A stretch of 64,000 bases of DNA, from NCBI RefSeq assembly GCF_055900595.2, contig NZ_CM148325.1; one strand, given 5' to 3'. The notes beneath the pieces were generated by a model. That model saw only the letters and a list, made by a program, of their open reading frames with translations, was not told the DNA's origin and searched no databases. Shown one piece after another: positions 1-11,218 of this stretch. Position 1 is the first letter of the stretch; every line of letters begins with the position of its first letter. The position numbers were made by a program, and so were the translations under genes.

Positions 1-501
1 GAACGCCTGCTTTCCCCATTTCAGGAACACATAACGTTCGTGGTTGCGCTCCATTTCCAGGCGCACGTTTTCTTCAAATGCCTCATCATCACCAAAACGA
101 TCGACGGTCACCGAGTGGTCAATGACCAGGTCGACCGCTGAGAGCGGGTTAACCTTTGCAGTATCGCCGCCGAGGCGTTTAACCGCTTCGCGCATTGCCG
201 CCAGATCAACAACGGCAGGTACGCCGGTAAAGTCCTGCATCAGCACCCTTGCCGGGCGGTAGGCAATTTCACGGTCAGCATGGGCATTTTTCAGCCATCC
301 CACCAGCGCGTAGATATCCTCTTCGGTAACCGAGTTACCATCCTGCCAGCGCAGCAGGTTTTCGAGCAAAACTTTGAGTGACTTAGGCAGACGGGTGATA
401 TCGCCCAGTGATTTGGCAGCAAGCGGCAGGCTGTAGTAGTGGTAAGTTTTATCTTTGGCCTGCAACGTGTCCTTACTGGCTTCTCGTAGGGTTGACGACA
501 T
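1..501 (-). CDS. acnA: Aconitate hydratase A, N-terminal part (gene runs off the window start)
   Basis: Minus-strand ATG at 499-501; translation begins MSSTLREASKDTLQAKDKTYHYYSLPLAAKSLGDITRLPKSLKVLLENLL, matching the recalled AcnA N-terminus; frame stays open to position 1. Confidence 0.88.
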   Translation of the reverse strand, partial: MSSTLREASKDTLQAKDKTYHYYSLPLAAKSLGDITRLPKSLKVLLENLLRWQDGNSVTEEDIYALVGWLKNAHADREIAYRPARVLMQDFTGVPAVVDLAAMREAVKRLGGDTAKVNPLSAVDLVIDHSVTVDRFGDDEAFEENVRLEMERNHERYVFLKWGKQAF

Positions 502-664
502 AGCTCCTCCTTAATGACAGGGTTGCGAAGCCCTGATTCTCTTCAGGGTGAATATTAAAGATAACACAAACATTGCGTAACGATTTGATAACAACCCAAA
601 TTGATAAAAGAGGAGAAACCTTGTGGCAAAGCAAATGAAAACCCCGCCGCAGCGGGGTCAGGGA

Positions 665-745
665 TCAGTGAGTAATGATCCAGAGGAGTTCGGCCCAGAA
701 GAGCATCGACAGAGAAAATGCGCCCATCCAGGACCAATATTTCAT
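665..745 (-). CDS. Small hydrophobic protein, 26 aa (MKYWSWMGAFSLSMLFWAELLWIITH), at the K-12 ymiA/yciX position
   Basis: Short ORF found by manual translation between cysB and acnA; hydrophobic single-helix peptide; below the size cut-off of the ORF track. Confidence 0.4.
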   Translation of the reverse strand: MKYWSWMGAFSLSMLFWAELLWIITH

Positions 746-873
746 ATTTGTGTTGATCATAGGCTACACCCTTAACGGTTATTACTTTGTGTTGAGATAA
801 CTCAACCTGTTATTGCTGCGGTGTATTAAAAGCCCTTTAATTCATTAAAAATGGGTAATAAGAATGATGATAA

Positions 874-1062
874 TTATTGTTTCGGCTGATCATCTACAGC
901 AAACAGTTCTATAAAGGCTTGCTGCTGCGTTGTTAGTTGCCAGTCGTCTGGAATAACGACGGAACATTCCCGTTTCGTTACTGGTTCATTGTCACTATGC
1001 TGACATAATGGTGACGACTCCAGTTGCTCCTGACCGACCATAGTTATCCCCACACTTTCCAA
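874..1062 (-). CDS. Small hypothetical protein, 62 aa, between cysB and acnA
   Basis: ORF track 874..1062; same strand and position as the small-protein genes that sit between cysB and acnA in K-12; no recognisable domain. Confidence 0.35.
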   Translation of the reverse strand: MESVGITMVGQEQLESSPLCQHSDNEPVTKRECSVVIPDDWQLTTQQQAFIELFAVDDQPKQ

Positions 1063-1502
1063 ATCAGCAGTGCGACAACCACCCAGAAAAGTGCAGAACC
1101 AAGAAATACCGCTAGCCAGGCTTTGCGTTTTAATTCAGGGTCCCGGCGGGGTTCCTGATTTCCAGAAGGCATTGCTAACCTCATATAATCGCCATCACTT
1201 ATCAGCAAGACGTTGAACGATTGGTGTAATTAATCATGCGATGAGACAAATCCTAAAGAAACTTTAGTCAAAAATCCAGCGAATTTACGAATCGTCTCCA
1301 GTGAATAATTCAATCTTTTGACCTGAAATAGATATTTGAAAACTGGAGTTTGCGAGGCGGGTAATTAGACACTACTTTACAGGTAATTTACCCTATAAAT
1401 ATGAGGGATAAAAATATTGTGCACGGTATACAAATAAGCAACAAAAGAGAATATATTCCGGCACCTTCGCTACATAAAAGGTGCCGAAAATAACGCAAGA
1501 AA

Positions 1503-2501
<999 letters not shown>

Positions 2502-2686
2502 TCAGAACATCGTTTTTTCGTCACACCTGGCGGGTGACTAATACGATTTAATAATAAAAAAGGTGCTAACTATAACCACTATATCATTTATAGCCTTAGT
2601 GTATAGGTGTGAAGAAAAAATAATATGCAATAAAAAAGGGCCGCTTTCGCGACCCTTTGTTTATAATAACCTGACAGAATTAAAGG

Positions 2687-5284
2687 TTATTTTTTCCCTT
2701 CAACCCATTTGCCATCAACATAAAATGCTGACCAGCCAGTCGCCTTTCCGTCTTTTTCCGAAGAGACATATTGCTGTTTGGTTTTACGGCTAAAGCGAAC
2801 CATGGTCTTATTACCTTCCGGATCCTGCTGTGGCGCATCGGCCAGATAACGCAGTTTTTCCGGCAGACGGTCGCGGAAGCGATAAAGCTCTTCCACCAGT
2901 GGCGCACGTGTTTCACGCGATTTCGGGAAGGTATTGGCCGCCAGGAACACACCGGCAGCACCGTCACGCAGCACGAAATAAGCATCTGATTTTTCGCACG
3001 GCAGCTCCGGTAATGGCACCGGATCTTCCTTCGGTGGTGCCACTTCGCCGTTACGTAAAATCTTACGTGTGTTTTTACACTCTTCGTTAGTGCAGGCCAT
3101 GTATTTACCGAAACGCCCCATTTTCAGGTGCATTTCAGATCCACATTTTTCACACTCAACGATCGGGCCGTCATAACCCTTAATGCGGAATTCGCCCTCT
3201 TCGATCTCGTAACCGTCGCAGGTTGGGTTATTACCACAGACATGCAACTTACGTTTCGGATCGATGAGATAGCTGTCCATCGCCGTGCCGCATTTCGGGC
3301 AACGACGTTTTGCGCGCAGCGCGTTGGTTTCAGCGTCTTCACCTTCCAGCACGTTCAGCACTTCGTTTTCCGGCACCAGGTTGATGGTGGTTTTGCAACG
3401 CTCTTTCGGTGGCAGAGCGTAGCCGGAACAGCCAAGGAATACCCCGGTGCTCGCTGTGCGAATACCCATTTTGCGACCACAGGTCGGGCAGTCGATGCTG
3501 GTCAGAACCATCTGGTTCGGGCGCATACCCCCCTCTTCGGGATCTTTTTCAGCTTTATCTAACTGCTGGGTGAAATCCGAGAAGAAGTGATCCAGTACAG
3601 CTTTCCACTCTGCTTCGTGATTTGCCACCTGGTCGAGGCTGTTTTCCATCTGTGCGGTGAAGTCGTAGTTCATTAACTCACGGAAATTCTCTTCCAGGCG
3701 ATCGGTGACGATTTCGCCCATTTTTTCCGCATAGAAACGACGATTTTCTACTCGCACATAGCCACGATCCTGAATGGTCGAAATGATCGACGCGTAGGTA
3801 GACGGACGACCGATACCGCGTTTTTCCAGCTCTTTAACCAGCGATGCTTCACTGAAACGGGCTGGCGGCTTGGTAAAGTGCTGGGCTGGTGTCAGTTCAA
3901 CGAGCGTCAGAGCATCGCCTTTATCGACTGCCGGTAAGATACGATCTTCATCGCCTTTACGCAGCGCAGGCATCACTTTCGTCCAGCCATCAAAGCGCAA
4001 AATACGACCGCGTGCTTTCAGGCGGAAATCGCCCGCACCAACGGTCAGCGTCGTGGAGTCATATTTCGCTGGGGTCATCTGGCAGGCAACGAACTGACGC
4101 CAGATTAACTGGTACAGTTTCTGCGCATCTGCTTCCATATCCTTCAGCGATTCCGCCATCACATTGACGTCAGAAGGACGAATCGCTTCGTGCGCTTCCT
4201 GTGAGTTTTCTTTGCTGGCGTACTGATTCGGACTTTCCGGCAGATATTTCTTACCAAAATTATCGCTGATATAACCGCGAACCATATTTACTGCGTCCTG
4301 ACTCAGGTTGGTGGAGTCGGTACGCATGTAAGTGATATAGCCTGCTTCATACAAACGCTGCGCCATCATCATGGTTTTTTTCACGCCAAAACCAAGACGG
4401 GTGCTGGCAGCTTGTTGCAGCGTAGAGGTAATAAAAGGAGCGCCAGGTTTACTGGTTGTCGGTTTGTCTTCACGTTCCAGCACGCTGTAGCGCGCTTTTT
4501 CCAGCAGACTTACCGCAGCCTGAGTTTGTTCTTTGTTGACCGGGCGGAACGGTTTGTCGTTCTGATGAGTCACCTGCAACGCCAACGCATCACCAGATGG
4601 CGTGGTCGTGCTGGCATCGACTTCCCAGAACTCTTCCGGTACGAACGCTTTAATTTCACGCTCACGCTCGACCACCAGGCGGACCGCCACCGACTGCACA
4701 CGACCTGCAGACAGACCACGAGCGATCTTTTTCCACAGCAGCGGCGAAACCATATATCCCACCACGCGGTCCATAAAACGACGCGCCTGCTGGGCATTAA
4801 CACGATCAATATTCAGCTCACCCGGTTTGTTAAATGCCTGGCGGATCGCGTTTTTAGTAATTTCGTTAAACACCACTCGGCTATAGCGCGCATCATCACC
4901 ACCAATCACTTCCCGCAGGTGCCATGCAATGGCTTCCCCTTCGCGGTCAAGGTCGGTTGCGAGATAGATGTGGTCGGCTTTTTCAGCCAGTTGTTTCAGT
5001 TCAGAGACGACCTTCTCTTTACCAGGCAACACTTCATAGTGCGCCTCCCAATTGTGCCACGGGTCAACCCCCATACGGTTGACGAGAGCGCCACGTTCAT
5101 CCTTTTTAGGCTTTTTAGCCGTCTTGGTGGAGGTAGAGTCGGCACTCTTTTTGGCAGCTGAGCCACTGGTCGGCAAATCGCGGATGTGACCGACGCTGGA
5201 TTTCACCACGTAGTCACTACCCAGATACTTGTTGATCGTTTTGGCTTTTGCCGGGGACTCAACGATGACAAGAGCTTTACCCAT
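2687..5284 (-). CDS. topA: DNA topoisomerase I
   Basis: ORF track 2687..5326; start set at internal Met ([22 protein letters not shown]) giving 865 aa; C-terminal zinc-ribbon Cys clusters present. Confidence 0.95.
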   Translation of the reverse strand: MGKALVIVESPAKAKTINKYLGSDYVVKSSVGHIRDLPTSGSAAKKSADSTSTKTAKKPKKDERGALVNRMGVDPWHNWEAHYEVLPGKEKVVSELKQLAEKADHIYLATDLDREGEAIAWHLREVIGGDDARYSRVVFNEITKNAIRQAFNKPGELNIDRVNAQQARRFMDRVVGYMVSPLLWKKIARGLSAGRVQSVAVRLVVEREREIKAFVPEEFWEVDASTTTPSGDALALQVTHQNDKPFRPVNKEQTQAAVSLLEKARYSVLEREDKPTTSKPGAPFITSTLQQAASTRLGFGVKKTMMMAQRLYEAGYITYMRTDSTNLSQDAVNMVRGYISDNFGKKYLPESPNQYASKENSQEAHEAIRPSDVNVMAESLKDMEADAQKLYQLIWRQFVACQMTPAKYDSTTLTVGAGDFRLKARGRILRFDGWTKVMPALRKGDEDRILPAVDKGDALTLVELTPAQHFTKPPARFSEASLVKELEKRGIGRPSTYASIISTIQDRGYVRVENRRFYAEKMGEIVTDRLEENFRELMNYDFTAQMENSLDQVANHEAEWKAVLDHFFSDFTQQLDKAEKDPEEGGMRPNQMVLTSIDCPTCGRKMGIRTASTGVFLGCSGYALPPKERCKTTINLVPENEVLNVLEGEDAETNALRAKRRCPKCGTAMDSYLIDPKRKLHVCGNNPTCDGYEIEEGEFRIKGYDGPIVECEKCGSEMHLKMGRFGKYMACTNEECKNTRKILRNGEVAPPKEDPVPLPELPCEKSDAYFVLRDGAAGVFLAANTFPKSRETRAPLVEELYRFRDRLPEKLRYLADAPQQDPEGNKTMVRFSRKTKQQYVSSEKDGKATGWSAFYVDGKWVEGKK

Positions 5285-5663
5285 ATTCACCTTACCTAAT
5301 TTGATTCTTCCAGGAATGCGTCGCACGTTGATAAACCTTCCACTGGCAACGAGTTACCGATATGGACTCGTTCTCTGCGGATATCAACCCCTTGTCGTGA
5401 CTCTGTTCACGAAAATTCAGGTGACTGAGTTAACAGGTCTTGGCCTACAGGCGCTATAGCACGACGGAATTTTGGTCGAATGTCAAGCAAATCTATTGCC
5501 AGATTGACGAAAGCGTCACACTGTACCTGATAAAATCCGATACGCAACTTTATTAGCATGCAAAATCCAAAGTTGCCAGTAAGGCGCTCTTGCCACCAGC
5601 GTGGTATATTTGTCTGCAAGCCATGCCTGGCGTAGACTAATGTCCTTGTTTAAGGAGTAAATA

Positions 5664-5915
5664 ATGAACAAAGAGACACAACCCATCGACCGCGAAACGC
5701 TGTTGAAAGAGGCCAATAAAATCATTCGTGAGCATGAGGATACGCTCGCAGGGATTGAAGCCACCGGCGTCTCGCAGCGTAATGGCGTGCTGGTCTTTAC
5801 CGGCGACTACTTTTTAGATGAACAAGGATTGCCAACAGCCAAAAGCACCGCGGTGTTTAATATGTTCAAACACCTGGCCCATGTGCTTTCAGAAAAATAT
5901 CACCTGGTTGATTAA
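5664..5915 (+). CDS. yciN: YciN family small protein
   Basis: 83-aa [33 protein letters not shown], divergent from topA as in K-12. Confidence 0.85.
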   Translation: MNKETQPIDRETLLKEANKIIREHEDTLAGIEATGVSQRNGVLVFTGDYFLDEQGLPTAKSTAVFNMFKHLAHVLSEKYHLVD

Positions 5916-5950
5916 AGCAAAACGCGAGGTCTTACCCTCGCGTTTGTCTT

Positions 5951-7000
5951 TTACATCAATGGCTTTTGCCCCCGCTGCCACCAGCGTAGCAACAATCGAT
6001 CGGCGCTCTCTGCCGCGCTGCCGGTGAATCGGTCAATGAGTCTTTTACGCTGCATATAGCGTACATTGACCACTTCACGGCCTTCCATCAGGCTAAGAAT
6101 AACTTCATCACTGGTGTTGATTTCATCAACCAGGCCTTTCTCTACCGCCTGTTGTCCGTACCAGTGTTCACCCGTTGCCACCTGTTCAATATCCAGAGAC
6201 GGACGCATACGCTTCACAAAATCTTTAAATAACTGATGCGTTTCGTTCAGCTCTTCGCGGAATTTCTCCCGCCCTTCTTCGGTGTTTTCACCCAGCAAGG
6301 TCAGCGTGCGCTTATACTGCCCGGCGGTGTGCAGTTCGATATCAATATCTTTGCTTTTCAGGAAGCGGTTAAAGTTGGGCATTTGCGCCACCACCCCAAT
6401 GGAACCCACAATAGCAAACGGTGCGGAAACAATTTTGTCCGCCACACAGGCCATCATGTAACCGCCGCTGGCAGCAACTTTGTCTACCGTAACAGTTAAA
6501 GGAATGTTTTTATCACGCAGACGCTGCAGCTGCGAAGCCGCCAGCCCGTAACCATGCACCATGCCACCAGGGCTTTCCAGACGTAGCACAACCTGATCCT
6601 GCGGTTTAAATGCTGCGAGTACCGCCGTTATCTCTTCACGTAGCGAGTTCACTTCATGGGCGTCCATGCTGCCTTTAAAATCCAGCACCCAGACGCGAGG
6701 TTTACTGTCAGTTGCCACCTCGCCCAGTTTGGCTTTCGCTTTTGCGGCTTTCGCTTCTTGCTTGTGCTTTTTCTTCTGCGCTTTATGCCACTGTTTTTGC
6801 TGATGAGTGTCCATCAGCGCCGCGGCCAGTTCTTCTTTCATCTCCTTATACTGTTCGCTGAGATTGTTGACCCGTAATTCGCCACGCTGGCGTTTATTAC
6901 GTTGAGCAACATTGACAATAATGGCGGCAATCGCCGCAATCGCTAGCACAACGGTAACGATTTTCGCCAAAAACAAACCATATTCAGACAACAATTCCAC
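5951..7000 (-). CDS. sohB: S49-family inner-membrane peptidase SohB
   Basis: 349-aa ORF with N-terminal membrane helix and the S49 motif GGYMMACVADKIVSAPFAIVGSIGV. Confidence 0.9.
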   Translation of the reverse strand: MELLSEYGLFLAKIVTVVLAIAAIAAIIVNVAQRNKRQRGELRVNNLSEQYKEMKEELAAALMDTHQQKQWHKAQKKKHKQEAKAAKAKAKLGEVATDSKPRVWVLDFKGSMDAHEVNSLREEITAVLAAFKPQDQVVLRLESPGGMVHGYGLAASQLQRLRDKNIPLTVTVDKVAASGGYMMACVADKIVSAPFAIVGSIGVVAQMPNFNRFLKSKDIDIELHTAGQYKRTLTLLGENTEEGREKFREELNETHQLFKDFVKRMRPSLDIEQVATGEHWYGQQAVEKGLVDEINTSDEVILSLMEGREVVNVRYMQRKRLIDRFTGSAAESADRLLLRWWQRGQKPLM

Positions 7001-7219
7001 GAGTCCCCACCTTGGTTAAACAACGCTTTGGCTCACAGTTTACAACAGGCATGTTAAGCCGTCTCGCAGAGATGTTATTGCAGCGAAAGTATGACAAAGT
7101 ATCCATTTTGCGGTGTTATCGCCCCAGGCTGATTGAAATGCCCTTCTGTTTCAGGCATAAAGCCCCAAAGTCTTAAAGTACACTGGCAGCGCGACAGACA
7201 ACGTCGTTGAGGAGTAGCC

Positions 7220-7978
7220 ATGCATTACCAGCCAAAACAAGATTTACTCAATGATCGCATTATCCTGGTGACGGGAGCCAGCAATGGTATTGGTCGTGAA
7301 GCCGCGATGACGTATGCACGCTATGGTGCGACAGTGATTCTGTTGGGCCGTAATGAAGAAAAATTACGTCAGGTAGCCAGCCACATAAACGAAGAAACTG
7401 GGCGTCAGCCACAGTGGTTTATTCTCGATTTGCTGACCTGCACGTCCGAAGATTGCCAACAACTGGCACAGCGCATTGCCGTTAATTATCCGCGTCTGGA
7501 TGGTGTTTTGCATAATGCCGGATTGCTCGGCGATGTTTGCCCAATGAGCGAACAAAATCCGCAGGTCTGGCAGGACGTCATGCAGGTCAACGTTAATGCC
7601 ACCTTTATGCTCACCCAGGCACTGCTTCCTTTATTACTCAAATCGGACGCCGGTTCACTGGTCTTTACTTCATCAAGCGTTGGACGTCAGGGGCGTGCAA
7701 ACTGGGGCGCTTATGCAGCGTCGAAATTTGCCACCGAAGGGATGATGCAGGTACTGGCCGATGAATATCAGCAGCGCCTGCGCGTCAACTGCATTAACCC
7801 AGGTGGTACGCGCACCGCAATGCGCGCAAGCGCCTTCCCGACCGAAGATCCACAGAAACTTAAAACACCCGCTGATATCATGCCGCTCTACCTCTGGCTG
7901 ATGGGCGATGACAGCCGCCGTAAAACCGGCATGACCTTTGACGCCCAACCGGGCCGTAAACCAGGAATATCCCAATGA
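7220..7978 (+). CDS. yciK: Short-chain dehydrogenase/reductase YciK
   Basis: 252-aa ORF; Rossmann motif VTGASNGIGRE; catalytic YAASK motif; stop overlaps btuR start (ATGA). Confidence 0.9.
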   Translation: MHYQPKQDLLNDRIILVTGASNGIGREAAMTYARYGATVILLGRNEEKLRQVASHINEETGRQPQWFILDLLTCTSEDCQQLAQRIAVNYPRLDGVLHNAGLLGDVCPMSEQNPQVWQDVMQVNVNATFMLTQALLPLLLKSDAGSLVFTSSSVGRQGRANWGAYAASKFATEGMMQVLADEYQQRLRVNCINPGGTRTAMRASAFPTEDPQKLKTPADIMPLYLWLMGDDSRRKTGMTFDAQPGRKPGISQ

Positions 7979-8565
7979 GTGATGAACGCTACCAACAGCG
8001 TCAGCAGCGTGTAAAAGATAAAGTGGATGCCCGTGTGGCCCAGGCCCAGGATGAACGCGGTATTATCATCGTCTTTACCGGCAATGGAAAAGGCAAAACC
8101 ACCGCAGCATTTGGTACGGCAACACGCGCAGTTGGTCACGGAAAAAAAGTGGGCGTCGTGCAGTTTATTAAAGGCACCTGGCCTAATGGCGAACGAAATC
8201 TGCTGGAACCACACGGCGTTGAATTTCAGGTGATGGCAACGGGCTTTACCTGGGATACGCAAAACCGCGAATCTGATACCGCGGCCTGCCGTGAAGTCTG
8301 GCAACATGCCAAACGAATGCTGGCCGATCCTTCACTGGATATGGTTTTGCTCGATGAGCTGACTTATATGGTGGCGTATGACTATTTGCCACTGGAAGAA
8401 GTGGTGCAGGCGTTAAATGAACGTCCACATCAACAGACGGTGATTATCACGGGTCGTGGTTGTCATCGGGATATTCTTGAACTGGCGGATACGGTAAGTG
8501 AATTACGCCCCGTCAAACATGCGTTTGATGCCGGTGTTAAGGCGCAAATCGGGATTGATTATTAA
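7975..8565 (+). CDS. btuR: Cob(I)yrinic acid a,c-diamide adenosyltransferase
   Basis: 196-aa ORF with P-loop GNGKGKTTAAFG; translationally coupled to yciK. Confidence 0.9.
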   Translation: MSDERYQQRQQRVKDKVDARVAQAQDERGIIIVFTGNGKGKTTAAFGTATRAVGHGKKVGVVQFIKGTWPNGERNLLEPHGVEFQVMATGFTWDTQNRESDTAACREVWQHAKRMLADPSLDMVLLDELTYMVAYDYLPLEEVVQALNERPHQQTVIITGRGCHRDILELADTVSELRPVKHAFDAGVKAQIGIDY

Positions 8566-8570
8566 GGGAA

Positions 8571-8608
8571 AGCACCTCAAAAGTTCGCCTCTTGAGGTGC
8601 TAATTTTA
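8571..8608 (+). terminator. Intrinsic terminator downstream of btuR
   Basis: 10-bp perfect stem AGCACCTCAA/TTGAGGTGCT immediately followed by AATTTTA. Confidence 0.5.
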
Positions 8609-8621
8609 GATACTGAATGGC

Positions 8622-8930
8622 TTAATTAGCCACGGCAAAATTAAGAAGAGCTTGAATTTTATTCAAGTGTGCGGGATATTCCATGTCATTATCCGCATTG
8701 ACGTCTTCAATAAACAGTATTAATTCAGTGATCAAATCATTAGCATCTTCATAACTAATACCAGTCAGTTCTGGTGACGTTTGCGAGCCATAATTAATTG
8801 TCAGATTATTCATTACCGACAAAACCAGAATAAAATATTTGTGACATATATCGCAAGTTGTTCGGTTTCCTAAGGCATAGTACAGCATATTGAGCAATGC
8901 CAGTATTCGTCGATTTTGCACATCGTTCAT
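8622..8930 (-). CDS. Hypothetical protein, 102 aa (AT-rich islet, gene 3)
   Basis: ORF track; AT-rich codon usage unlike the flanking core genes; no recognisable domain. Confidence 0.5.
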   Translation of the reverse strand: MNDVQNRRILALLNMLYYALGNRTTCDICHKYFILVLSVMNNLTINYGSQTSPELTGISYEDANDLITELILFIEDVNADNDMEYPAHLNKIQALLNFAVAN

Positions 8931-8939
8931 AATGACCTC

Positions 8940-9296
8940 CTATAACATAACTCCGCTGGCAATAAGAAGTTTTGCCAGCTCCTCTGACGCCTGTAGACCA
9001 CTAATAAATTGAGAACGCAGGATCTCATTCCTACGCTCTAAATCCGCTTTAGAAAGAGATTTATTAGAGTATAAATCTTGTAGATGATTTCCTTTATCCA
9101 TGAAGGCATTAATAGCTTGTATTGCTGGAGCCGCCGGATCAGATGAACGCAATCTGCTTTCATTAAGATTAATTACTGCACTCAAAAATTCCTGTCTACT
9201 CTTTAATGTTTTAAATTCTATGTTTTTAGTATTTGCTCGGGCCTTATTATAGTAATAAAAATTATTGCTGATGTTCGCAAAATTATTCCAATCCAT
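8940..9296 (-). CDS. Hypothetical protein, 118 aa (AT-rich islet, gene 2)
   Basis: ORF track; tightly spaced with the neighbouring islet ORFs on the same strand; Asn/Lys-rich. Confidence 0.5.
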   Translation of the reverse strand: MDWNNFANISNNFYYYNKARANTKNIEFKTLKSRQEFLSAVINLNESRLRSSDPAAPAIQAINAFMDKGNHLQDLYSNKSLSKADLERRNEILRSQFISGLQASEELAKLLIASGVML

Positions 9297-9313
9297 TTGC
9301 TGCTGTTTCGTTG

Positions 9314-9961
9314 CTATATCATCGAGTAAATCTTGTAAATTTCTTTGAAGTCGTGGCCAGTACTACCTACCGTTTTACCAACATTTTCTGATTTAATCTT
9401 CTCTTTATATAATCCATTGAAATATTGAACTAAATCTTTAACAGCTACAGCTGACTTAGTCAGTTCTTCACCTTCTGAAAGGCCAAGTAGTTTTTGGGCG
9501 TTGTTTGCATGATCGAGCGCCTGATTAAGTAATATAATTTGTTTACTATCGTCAACATCCATATCCACCGTCAACAACTCCACATAGGAGCTCATACTGT
9601 TAACGACCTCAAGTGAAGCCAGTAGCTTTTGTTTTTCTGTGGTTGCCAATTGAACTTTAGTAACGTCTTTATACGATGTTTTGTCCCCTTTCTCTGATTG
9701 CATACATAAGGACTCTTTATTAGTATTATTTTCCATAATCGTTTCATAATCAGGTCGCAATGCACAATCCGGATTAGCCGCATAAAAATTAACAAGGAAG
9801 TTTTCACGAGAAGCATAGTATTGTTTAAAGAAACTTGCATTCGCCGCAACCGCCTTGTTACCCGCAGTAATAACAGTTTCAGCTTGTTCATTTTTCAATG
9901 TTTCAGTTGCACAACCTGAAAGCATTAACAGCGATAGAAATAATCCACTATATCTAATCAT
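9314..9961 (-). CDS. Putative lipoprotein, 215 aa (AT-rich islet, gene 1)
   Basis: N-terminal signal peptide with lipobox LLMLSGC; largely helical, Lys/Glu-rich mature region. Confidence 0.55.
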   Translation of the reverse strand: MIRYSGLFLSLLMLSGCATETLKNEQAETVITAGNKAVAANASFFKQYYASRENFLVNFYAANPDCALRPDYETIMENNTNKESLCMQSEKGDKTSYKDVTKVQLATTEKQKLLASLEVVNSMSSYVELLTVDMDVDDSKQIILLNQALDHANNAQKLLGLSEGEELTKSAVAVKDLVQYFNGLYKEKIKSENVGKTVGSTGHDFKEIYKIYSMI

Positions 9962-10090
9962 AACCCACCTCTTGACGTTGAGTTTATCTCAGATAATTAA
10001 ATAGTAATGTGGCTATTCCCTGGCATTATTCATAAGCAAGTATGAAATTAAATTAAAATACTGCGACTATTTATCATGCTTCAAATGAAG

Positions 10091-10115
10091 AAAAGGCCCC
10101 GCAGGGCCTTTATTT
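10091..10115 (-). terminator. Intrinsic terminator downstream of rluB
   Basis: GC hairpin AAGGCCCCGCAGGGCCTT followed by a T-run on the minus strand. Confidence 0.45.
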
Positions 10116-10130
10116 AATACTTAACTTAAA

Positions 10131-11006
10131 TTAACCGTTATTATTACGTCCACCAGAACGACGACCGCCGCTGACCTGGCTGTGACGTTTCACCGCACGA
10201 CGAATTTGATTCGCCTTCATACGACGACGGTCTTTTTCTACAGCAACTTTAGAGCTGGTTTCTGGCGGTAGTTCCACCAGCTCACGCAGATAGTTAGTCT
10301 GGGCAAGATCCAGCTCAGTCCAGCCACCGCGTGGCAGACCTTTCGGCAGTGGGATATCACCGTAACGCACGCGGATCAGACGGCTCACCTGCACACCAAC
10401 AGCTTCCCAAAGACGACGAACTTCACGGTTACGGCCTTCGGTCAGAGTAACGTTGTACCACTGGTTGATCCCTTCGCCGCCGCTGAACTTAATGGTTTTA
10501 AAGGCTGCCGGACCATCTTCCAGCTGCACGCCACGACTCAAATCACGCAGTTTCGCGTCGTCAACCTGACCAAATACACGCACGGCATATTCACGTTCAA
10601 CTTCACGGCTTGGGTGCATTAAACGGTTTGCCAGCTCACCGTCGGTGGTGAACAGCAGCAGACCACAGGTGTTAACGTCCAGACGACCTACGGCAATCCA
10701 GCGTGCGCCACGCAGCTTTGGCAGACGGTCAAATACCGTTGGACGCCCTTCCGGATCGTTACGGGTACACAACTCACCTTCCGGTTTGTAATAGGCCAGA
10801 ACGCGACAAATTTGTTCAGCGGACTCACGTACCGAAATCAGGTGACCATCGATACGGATTTTCAATCCAGGGGTAATTTCAACACGATCGCCGAGTTTAG
10901 CAATTTTGCCATCAACACTCACACGACCGGCTTCAATAATAGATTCGATTTCACGGCGAGAACCGTGGCCGGCACGCGCCAGCACTTTCTGTAGCTTTTC
11001 GCTCAT
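10131..11006 (-). CDS. rluB: 23S rRNA pseudouridine synthase RluB
   Basis: 291-aa ORF; S4 domain N-terminus ([21 protein letters not shown]), pseudouridine synthase core ([17 protein letters not shown]), basic RG-rich tail. Confidence 0.95.
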   Translation of the reverse strand: MSEKLQKVLARAGHGSRREIESIIEAGRVSVDGKIAKLGDRVEITPGLKIRIDGHLISVRESAEQICRVLAYYKPEGELCTRNDPEGRPTVFDRLPKLRGARWIAVGRLDVNTCGLLLFTTDGELANRLMHPSREVEREYAVRVFGQVDDAKLRDLSRGVQLEDGPAAFKTIKFSGGEGINQWYNVTLTEGRNREVRRLWEAVGVQVSRLIRVRYGDIPLPKGLPRGGWTELDLAQTNYLRELVELPPETSSKVAVEKDRRRMKANQIRRAVKRHSQVSGGRRSGGRNNNG

Positions 11007-11218
11007 AGAGCTTCCTTTTGGTGTCGCCTTCCCAGGCGTCTGATATGCTTTTGTGCAACAATGAGTCAGAACTTACATCTGACTCACTGATAGTAAAGTC
11101 TGTTTGAACTCTCCTGGCCTTAAGTAAACGACTCGACGTTTTAACTGGCCTGGCTTTGAGGCGCAACATACTACACTATCTTTATGGTTAAAGCTTGTTT
11201 CGATTAACATAAGCTTTA

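Noticed and set aside
4412-5161. 249-aa plus-strand ORF and several shorter ORFs on both strands inside topA
   Set aside because: Overlap the well-supported topA frame; composition typical of antisense or out-of-frame reading of a GC-rich gene.
8940-9961. Treating the 215-aa and 118-aa islet ORFs as definitively separate genes
   Set aside because: They are 17 nt apart in different frames and could be one frameshifted lipoprotein gene; both possibilities are kept open.
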